Source: Thermoanaerobaculia bacterium (GTDB taxonomy: Bacteria > Acidobacteriota > Thermoanaerobaculia > Multivoradales > UBA5704). Taken from it: a stretch of 63,261 bases of DNA. The stretch spans positions 1 through 63,261 of the forward strand of contig DASZHY010000090.1 in NCBI GenBank assembly GCA_035949675.1. Reading direction: 5' to 3'. The translations under genes and the position numbers were made by a program. How positions within the stretch are numbered: the stretch's first letter is position 1; every line of letters starts with the position of its first letter. Below the pieces are notes generated by a model. That model was given only the letters and a program-made list of their open reading frames with translations, was not told the origin of the DNA and did not search any database. Below, in pieces: positions 51,340-60,300 of the stretch.

Positions 51340-54300
51340 TCAGGCGACCTCGTTGAAAGCCGTGATCAACTGCCCGGCGGCGGCTTCGTCGAGCAGGGAC
51401 AGGCTCGACAGGCGGCGATCCGGCTCGGCGACGAGGCAGGCGAGCAGCTCTTCGAACTGCCTGGCGAGGCGGCGGATGACGGCGGCCTCGAAGAGGTCGG
51501 TGGAGTAGGCGAACAGGCCGCTGATCTCTCCTTGCTCGCCGGTGATGGTGAGGGTGAGATCGGACTGCGAGGTATCAAGCCGGTACTCGAAGGCGCTCGA
51601 GGTGAGCCCCGGCAGCTGGCGCATGTCGCCGTCGAAGTTCAGCAGCTGGAACTTGACCTGGAACAACGAGGCGCCGGCACGCTGCGGCGCGAGGTCCTCG
51701 AGCACCCGCTCGTACGGCACGTCCTGGTGCTCGTAGGCGGCAAAGGCCGTGTCGCGGACCCGCGCGACGAGCTCGCGGAAGGTGGGATCGCCCGACAGGT
51801 CGGTGCGCAAGACCAGCGTGTTGACGAAGAAACCGATCATCTTCTCGAGCTCGATGCGGCCGCGGTTCGCGGTCACCGTGCCGACGATGAGGTCATCCTG
51901 GCCGGTGTAGAGGCGCAGCAGGGCCTTCCAGGCCGCGAGCAGGAGAACGAACGTCGTAACCCCTTCCCGGCCGGCGAACCGGCGGAGCGCATCCGACGAG
52001 CCGCCGTCGAGACGGAAGGCTTCCACCTGGCCGCGATAGGTCGGGCTCGCCGGCCGCTGCCGCCGCATCGGCAGGCGGAGCACCGGCAGGTCCCCGGCGA
52101 GCCTCGCCCGCCAGTAGGCGAGCTGGCGGTCGAGCGCCTCGTCGGAGAGCCACTCTCGCTGCCAGAGCGTGTAGTCGGCGTACTGGACGGGCGGCTCGGG
52201 CAGCGGCGAGGCACGGCGCTCGACCTGAGCGGCATAGAGCGCCGCGATCTCGTCGCTCAGCAGGCCGAGGGACCAGCCGTCGGCCACGATGTGATGGAGG
52301 TGGAAGATCGCCACGTGGTCGGTGGGCGAGAGGCGCAGCAGCGAGGTGCGCAGCAGCGGCCCGCGTCCCAGGTCGAAGGGGCGCCCGAGCGCCTGGTCGA
52401 CCAGGCGCCGCGCCGCCGTCTCCCGCTGTTCGGGCGCCAGGCCGCCAAGATCGACACCGGCCAGCAGCTGCGGCCGGTGGGGAGCGATGACCTGCACCGG
52501 CCCGTCGCCGATCAGCGGGAAGGTGGTGCGCAAGCTCTCGTGACGCCGGCAGATCTCGCTCACGCTCGCCGCCAGCGCCGGTGCGTCCAGCCTGCCCGTC
52601 AGGCGGAGGACCAGCGGCAAGTTGAAAGCCGTGCTCCCCGGGTTGAGCTGCTGCAGAAACCACATCCGCTGCTGGGCGAACGACAGCGGCAGGAGGGCCG
52701 GACGGGGCCGCTTGCCGAGCGGCGCCACGGCCGGGGCGGGGCGCGCTCCGGGCTCCGCGCCCGCGGCGCGCAGAGCGGTGACGGCCGCGGCAAGGCCGGC
52801 GATGGTCGGGTTGTCGAACAGGCTGCGCAGCGGCAGCTCGACGCCGAGCAGGTGGCGGATGCGGGTGGCGACTTGCACCGCCGACAGGGAATGCCCCCCC
52901 AGGGCGAAGAAATCATGCCGGGCCCCGACGCCCTGGACTCCCAGCACCTCTTCCCAGATCGCCGCCAGCGCCGACTCCACCTCGCCGGACGGAGCCACGA
53001 AGGCGCTCGCGGGGTCGAGGTTCGCCAGCTCGGGCTCGGGCAGCGCCTTGCGGTCGAGCTTGCCGTTGGCGGTGAGCGGCAGCTTCGCCAGGCCGACGTA
53101 GACGTCCGGCACCATGTAACCCGGCAGCGCCCGCTCGAGGTGCGCCTTGAGCTCCCGCGCCGCCGGCATCGCCGCGGCCACCACGTAAGCGCACAGGAAC
53201 TTTTGTCCCGAGCGGTCGGTGCGCGCCGTCACCGCCGCCTCCTGCACGGACGGATGGCGGCAGAGCTGGCTCTCGATCTCTCCCAGCTCGATGCGGAAGC
53301 CGCGCACCTTGACCTGGTGGTCGCGGCGCCCCAGGAACTCGAGCTCGCCGCCCGGCAGCATCCGTCCCAGGTCGCCGGTGCGATAGAGCCGGGCTCCCGG
53401 CTCGCCCGCCAAAGGATCGGGCACGAAGGCGGCAGCCGTCTTCGCCGGGTCCGCGGCGTAGCCGCGCGCGACGCCCATGCCGCCGATGTAGAGGTCCCCG
53501 ATCACGCCGGGCGGCAGCAGCTCCAGGCTGCCGTCCAGCAGGTAGCAGGTGTTGTTGGCGAGCGGGCGGCCGTAGGGGATGCTGGCCAGGGTGGGATCGA
53601 CGGCCGCGATCGGCTCGATGGGATGGTAGACCGACCACACCGCCGCTTCCGTGGCGCCGCCCAGGCCGACCACGCGGGCGTGCGGGAAGAACCGGCGCGC
53701 CCTCTCCGGCAGGCCCACGGGAATCCAGTCGCCGCTCAAGAAGATCAGCCGCAAGGACTCGCAGCGCGCGGCCGGCGCGCTCGCCTCCAGGTACTCGACG
53801 AGCAGGCCGAGCGTCGAGGGCACGGAGTTCCAGAAGGTCACGCCCTGCTCGGCGACCAGGCGCCACAGCAGCGACGGCTCCTGCACCTCCTCGGCGCGCG
53901 CCACCACCACCGCGGCACCTGCCGCCAGGGCGCCGAAGACGTCGTAGACCGAGAGATCGAAGCACACCGACGACACCATCAGCACCCGCTGCCCGGGACC
54001 GATGCCGTACTCCTCGTTGACCCAGTCGACGAGGTTGGCGGCGCTCGCGTGCTCGATCATCACCCCCTTGGGCAACCCGGTCGATCCCGAGGTGTAGATC
54101 GTGTAGGCGAGCTGCGACGGCAAGGCGAGCGCCGGCAGCGGCGAGCCGGACACGCGCGCCAGGTCCGCCGCGGCAGGCGCCAGCCACTCCACCTCCGCCT
54201 CGCCCGCCTCGCCGCCGAGGTCGTAGGTCCGGTCGGCCAGCACGCGCCGCACCCCGGACTGCCGCACGATGTGCGCCTTGCGTGCGGCCGGGTAGTCCGG

Positions 54301-57300
54301 TTCCATCGGCACGTAGGCGGCCCCCGCCGCGAGCACCGCGAGCATCGCCGCCACCAGCTGCTCGGAGCGCTCGCAGACCACGCCCACGTTCTCGCCCGGC
54401 GCGACGCCCGCGGCCAGCAGGCGGCGCGCCAGGCGGTTCGCCTGCGCCGCGAGCTCGCCGTAGCCGAGCGTCCGCCCGCCGCACAGGACGGCCGGCGCCT
54501 CTGGCCGGCGCGCCGCCTGCTCGGCGAAGCCGGCGTGCAGCAGCCGCGGCGGGCGCGGGCGGGCGGTCGAGTTGAAGACGCGGACGAGCTCGTCGCGCTC
54601 GCCCGCCGCGAGCAGCATCTCGCTGCCGAGCGGGGCCTCGGGCCGGTGCGCCAGGGCGTCCAGGATCCGCAGGTACAGGCCCAGCGCCTGCTCGACGTCG
54701 CCGGGCGTGAAGTGGCGCGGCGAGAACTTGATCCGCACCTCGAGGACGTCCAGGGTCGTCGAGACCTCCAGGTCGAGCAGCGTGTTGGTCATCTCGTTGC
54801 CGCGCACGGCCGACGGCCCGTCCTGCGCCGGGTCGGCCGATGGCTGGACCAGCGGCCGGAAGAGCACGTTCTCCCCCATCTCCGTGAGCAGATGGAAGTC
54901 CATGAAGTTGAACAGGACGTCGAAGATCGGGTTCTCGGCCGTGCCTCGCCCTTCGGCCAGCGCCGCAATGTCCACCAGCGGGATGTCGTGCTCGCGGCTG
55001 GCCATCAGGTAGCTGCCCACGCGCCCGGCCAGCGCCGCGCCGCTCTCGCCGGCACGCATCCGCATGCGCACCGGAACCGAGTTGAGGAAGCAGCCGAGGA
55101 TCCGGTCGCCGTCCGGCAGCCCCGGCCGGTCGTGCGAGACGACGCCGGTGACGACGTCCAGCTCCCCGGTCAAGACATGGAGGAGATGGACGTGGGCCGC
55201 CAGGCAAAGCGCCTTGAGCGGAACGTGGAGCTCGGCGGCCCGGGCGCGGAGCGCCGCGAGCAGGCCCGCTTGCGGCCGGACCTCGCGCATGTCCATGCCG
55301 CCTGCCTCGCCGGCGATCCGCGAGCGCTGGAAGGGCAGGCGGTTGCGCTCGTGACCGGCCAGGGTCTCGCGCCAGAACGCCTCCGTTGCCGCGGACCGCT
55401 CGCGTCCTAAAGTGATCGCCAGGTGGTCCTTGTAGGTGCTGGCGAGCGGCGCGAGGGCGGTGATCGCCGCGAGGTCCGGCCGCGCGCAGAGGTCGTTGAG
55501 CTCCAGCCAGAGCGCCATGTTGCTCCAGCCGTCGAGCATGGCGTGATGGACGGTGAACGCCACGCACCACAGCCCGCCTCCCAGGCGGAACAGCTTCAGC
55601 CGCCAGAGCGGCCCGCCCTCGAAGCTGAAGCGGTGGCCAAGATCCTCGGCGCAGTGGCGCTCGATCCGCTGCCGCTGTGCCGCCCCGGGCAGGTCGCCCA
55701 AGTCCTCGACGTCGCGCTGCAGCGGCAGGGCCGCATGCACGACCTTGAGCGGCTCGGCGAAGCCGTAGAGGTGGTAGGTGCTGCGCAGGATCGGGTGGCG
55801 GCCGGCGGCGAGCTCGAAGGCGCGCCAGAACGTGTCGACGTCGGGGATGGAGAGCGGATGGACGAACTGGTCGTGATAGATGGGCTGCTCGGGCAGCAGC
55901 AGCGAGTAATAGATCATCCCCTTCTCGGTGGCGCTCAGGGGGAAGAAGTCCTCGCGGCCGGCCGGCAGCTTGGCGCGCTGCGCCGCGTCGCCGAGCACCG
56001 CGGCCTGGAAGCGCTCGATCACCGCCAGGCCGGCCGCGCGCTCCTCCTCGTGCGAGCGCCCGGCCGCCCCTCGAACCAGCTGCGCGGCCATCGCCGACAC
56101 GGTCTGGTGCTTGAAGACGTCCTGGACCCTGACCGACCTGCCCAGGCGCTCCTTGACGAGCCCGGCCAGCCGCACCGCCTGCATCGAGTCGCCGCCCAGA
56201 TCGAAGAAGTTGTCCTCCGCCCCGACGCGCTCGGCCCCCAGCAGCTCGGCCCAAACCTCGGCCAGCTGCCGCTCGAGGCCGGTCGGCGGCGGCGCCTCCG
56301 GCTCCCCGCCCTCGCCTGGCGTCGACCCGGGAGGCATGGCGGGCGTGGCGGGCGCGCCGATTGCCGCGCCTGCCGCGCCCTCCGCGGGCGCCGCGGGCAG
56401 CGCCTCGCGGTCCACCTTGCCGTGGGCGGTCAGCGGCAGCCGCTCGAGCAGCACGAAAGCCGACGGCACCATGGGCTCGGGCTGTCGCTCACGCAGGAAC
56501 TGACGTAGCGCCGGCGCCGTCAGCCCCGGGCGGACCGGCACCACGTAGGCGACCAGCCGCCGCCCCCCTCCCGGCTGCGGCCGCACCACCACCACCGCTT
56601 CGGCAACGCCCGGATGCGCCTCGAGCTCCGCCTCGATCTCGCCCAGCTCGATGCGGAAACCCCGGACCTTGACCTGATGGTCGATGCGGCCCAGGTGCTC
56701 GAGGTCGCCGTCCTCCCGGTAGCGCACCAGGTCGCCCGAGCGGTACAGCCGCGCGCCGGGACGCTCGCCGGACGGATCGGGGACGAACCGTGCCGCGGTC
56801 AGCTCCGGCCGGTCGAGATAGCCGCGCGCCACCCCCGCGCCGCCGACGCACAGCTCTCCCGCCACGCCGATCCCGACCGGCTGCTGCCGGCGATCGAGCA
56901 CCCGCAGCTCGAGGTCGGGGATCGCCACGCCGATCGGGCTCCCGGGCCTTTCCAGATCGGCCGGCGCGATGGGCCGATAGGTGACGTGGACCGTCGTCTC
57001 GGTGATCCCGTACATGTTGACCAGGCGCGGGCGCTCTGCCGAACGGTCGTTCCACCACCGGCGCAAGCCGCCGAGCTCCAGGGCCTCGCCGCCGAAGACC
57101 ACCAGGCGCAACGCGGCGAACCGCCGGGCGCCGGCGGCGGTGACCAGCTGGCCGAAAGCCGACGGCGTCTGGCTGAGCACCGTCGCCTGCTCCTGCTGCA
57201 AGAGGTCGCAGAACGCCTCGGGCGAGCGGCTGATCCAGTACGGCACGACGACCAGGCGGCCGCCGTACAGCAGCGCCCCCCAGATCTCCCAGACCGAGAA

Positions 57301-60300
57301 ATCGAAGGCACAGGAGTGGAACAGCGTCCAGACGTCGTGCTCGTCGAAGTCGAACCAGCTCCGGGTGGCCGCGAACAGGCGCACCGCGTTGCGCTGCTCG
57401 ACCAGCACGCCCTTGGGCCGCCCCGTCGAGCCGGAGGTGTAGATCACGTAGGCCAGGTTGCCGGCCAGGTTGCCGGCCAGGTTTCCGGGCAACGCCCGGG
57501 CCGGGGACGGCGCCGGGCCGCTCGTCCAGGTCTCGGCGGCGTCGAGCAGCAGCAGCCGCGGCCGGTCCTGGGCCAGCTGCTCGAAGCCCGGGGCGAAGCG
57601 GCGCTCGGTGAGCAGGATCGGCGCCCTGCTGTCGGCGAGGATGAAGGCCTGGCGCTCGCGCGGGTAGTCGGGATCGATCGGCACGTAGGCGCCGCCCGCC
57701 GCGAGCACGCCGAGAACCGCCACCACCAGCTCCGCGCTCCGCCCGACGCACAGCGCCACCGGCACCTCGGGCCCGACCCCCAGGGCGCGCAGGCGCCCGC
57801 CCAGCGCGGCGGAGCGCCGCTCGAGGCCGCCGTAGCTGAGGCACTCCTGCCCCGAGCTCACGGCCACCGCCTCCGGACGGCGCCGCGCCGCGGCCGCGAA
57901 CAGCTCATAGAGGCCGAGCTCGCTCGCCTGGCTCTCCCGCGCGGCGTTCCACTCCCACAGCAGCTGGTGGCGCTCGGCGGCCGAGAGCCACGGCAGCTGC
58001 GACAGCCGCACCGCGGGGTTCGCCGCGGCGGCCAGCAGCAGCTCGCGGAAGTGTCCCTGGAAGCGGCGTATCGCCGCGGCATCGAACAGGTCGCGGTCGT
58101 ACTCCCAGACGCCGTCCAGGCCGGCGGCGGTTCGCGTCAAGGCGACCGTCAGGTCGAACTTGGTGCTGTCCACCGGGACGTCGAGCGGCGTGAGGCGCAG
58201 CCCCGGCAGCTCCAGGGCGCCGCCTGCCGGCTCCTGCAGCGTCAGGACCACCTGGAACAGCGGCGAGTGCGCGAGGCTCCGCTCCGTCTGCAGCTCGTCG
58301 ACCAGCTTCTCGAAAGGCAGGTCCTGGTCGGCGAACGCCTCGAGGGTGACCTGCCGCACCCGCCCCAGCAGCTCGCGGAAGCTCGGGTCGCCGGAGACGT
58401 CGGCCCGCAGCACCACCATGTTGACGAAGAAGCCGATCAGGTCTTCGGTCTCCAGGCGGTTGCGGCCCGCCACCGGCGCTCCGACCACCATGTCCTCCTG
58501 GCCGGCGAGCCGCGACAGCAGGGCCATGAAACCGGACAGCAGCACCATGAAGAGCGTCGCGCCGCCTTCACGCTGCGGGCGGGCGAGCGCGAGGGCGCTG
58601 TCGCCGGGCAGCGCAAACGGCAGCTGTGCGCCGCGCAACCGCCGCACCGGCGGCCGCGGCCGGCAGAGCGGCAGGCCGAGCACCGCGGGCGCTCCCTGCA
58701 GGCGCGCCCGCCAGGTCTGGAGCTGCGGCGCGAGACGGTCGCCGTCGAGCCACCGGCGCTGCCAGGCGGCAAAATCGGCATATTGCATCGGCAGCGGCGG
58801 CAGGGGCGACGGGCGCCGTGTGCTCGCGGCGCCGTAGAGGGCGGCCAGCTCGCGCGTCAGGATCTCGACCGACCAGCCGTCGAAGACGATGTGGTGCAGG
58901 TTGAGCAGCAAGACGTGCTCCTGCCCCGACAGCCGCAGCAGGCAGGTGCGCACCAGGGGCCCGCGCGCGAGATCGAACGGCCGCTGCGCCGCCGCGGCGC
59001 CGAGGCGGCGCACCAGGGCAGCGCGCCCGGGCAAGGGCACTCTGCCCAGATCGACCAGCGGCAGGGCCCGGGCGGCGAGCGCCGCGACCCGCGGCAGCGG
59101 CTCCGTCTCGCCCGCCACCTCGACGAAGGTCGTCCGCAGCACGTCATGGCGCGCCATGACCTCGCCCAGGGCGGCGGCAAGCGCCGCTCGGTCGAGATCG
59201 CCGGCCAGCTCGAGCGCCGCCGGAATGTTGTAGGCCGGGCTCTCGACGTCGAGCTGGTGGAGGAACCAGAGGCGCCGCTGCGCGAAGGAGAGGACCGGGC
59301 GCTCCGTCCGTAGGAGGGCCCGGATCGGCGCCGCCTCGACCCGGCCGCCCGCCGCCAGCCGCGCCTCGACGGCGGCAGCCAGCCCACGGATCGTGGGCGA
59401 GGCGAACACCGTCTCGACCGCCAGCCCGGCGCCCAGGGCCTTGCGGATGCGGGAGACGAGCTGCACCGCGAGGAGGGAATGGCCGCCCAGCGAGAAAAAG
59501 TCGTCGTCGATCCCGGGCGCCTGCGGGCCGAGCAGCTGTGCCCAGAGCCCGGCCATCACCACCTCGACCCGGGTGCGGGGCGCCGCGATCGGCGCCATGG
59601 GCGCCGTGCGCGCCGCGGCGCCGGCGAGCGCGCCCAGCGCCCGCCGGTCCAGCTTGCCGTGGCCGCTCAGCGGCAGGGCGTCGAGAGGGATGAACGCCGC
59701 GGGCACCATGTAGGCCGGCAGCTTCTCCTCCACGAACCGGCGCAGGCTGGCGGCATCCACCTCGCCGGTGGCGAAGGCGACCAGGCGGAGATCGGCACCC
59801 TGGCCCTGGGCCACGACGGCGGCCTCGCGCACCGCGGGATGTCCGGCCAGCACCGCCTCGACTTCCCCCGGCTCGATCCGGAATCCCCGGATCTTGACCT
59901 GGTCGTCGCCGCGGCCCAGGAACTCGGCCTCGCCATCGGGCCGCAGGCGCACCCGATCCCCGGTGTGGTACAGGCGTTCTCCCGGCGATTCTCCGAACGG
60001 GTCCGGCACGAAGCGCTCGGCGGTGAGGTCCGGCCGGCCCAGGTAGCCCCGCGACACCCCCGGTCCCCCCACGTAGAGCTCGCCCGGCGCCCAGCGCGGC
60101 ACCGGCTGCTGCCGCGCGTCGAGCAGGTAGAGCCGGGCGTTGGCGATCGGACGCCCGATCGGCACCGGTCCGGCGCTCGGCTCGCCGTCCTTCACCAGGT
60201 GCGCGCAGCAGCCCACGACCGTCTCCGTCGGACCGTATTCGTTGACCACGCGCAGCCCCGGCGCCCGGCGCCGCCACCACTCCACCAGCTCGCCCTCGAG

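Noticed and set aside
54620-55960. C' considered as a heterocyclisation (Cy) domain, because it precedes a Cys-type A domain.
   Set aside because: The active-site position reads HHAMLDGWS, not the DxxxxD of Cy domains. It is kept as an atypical C domain instead.
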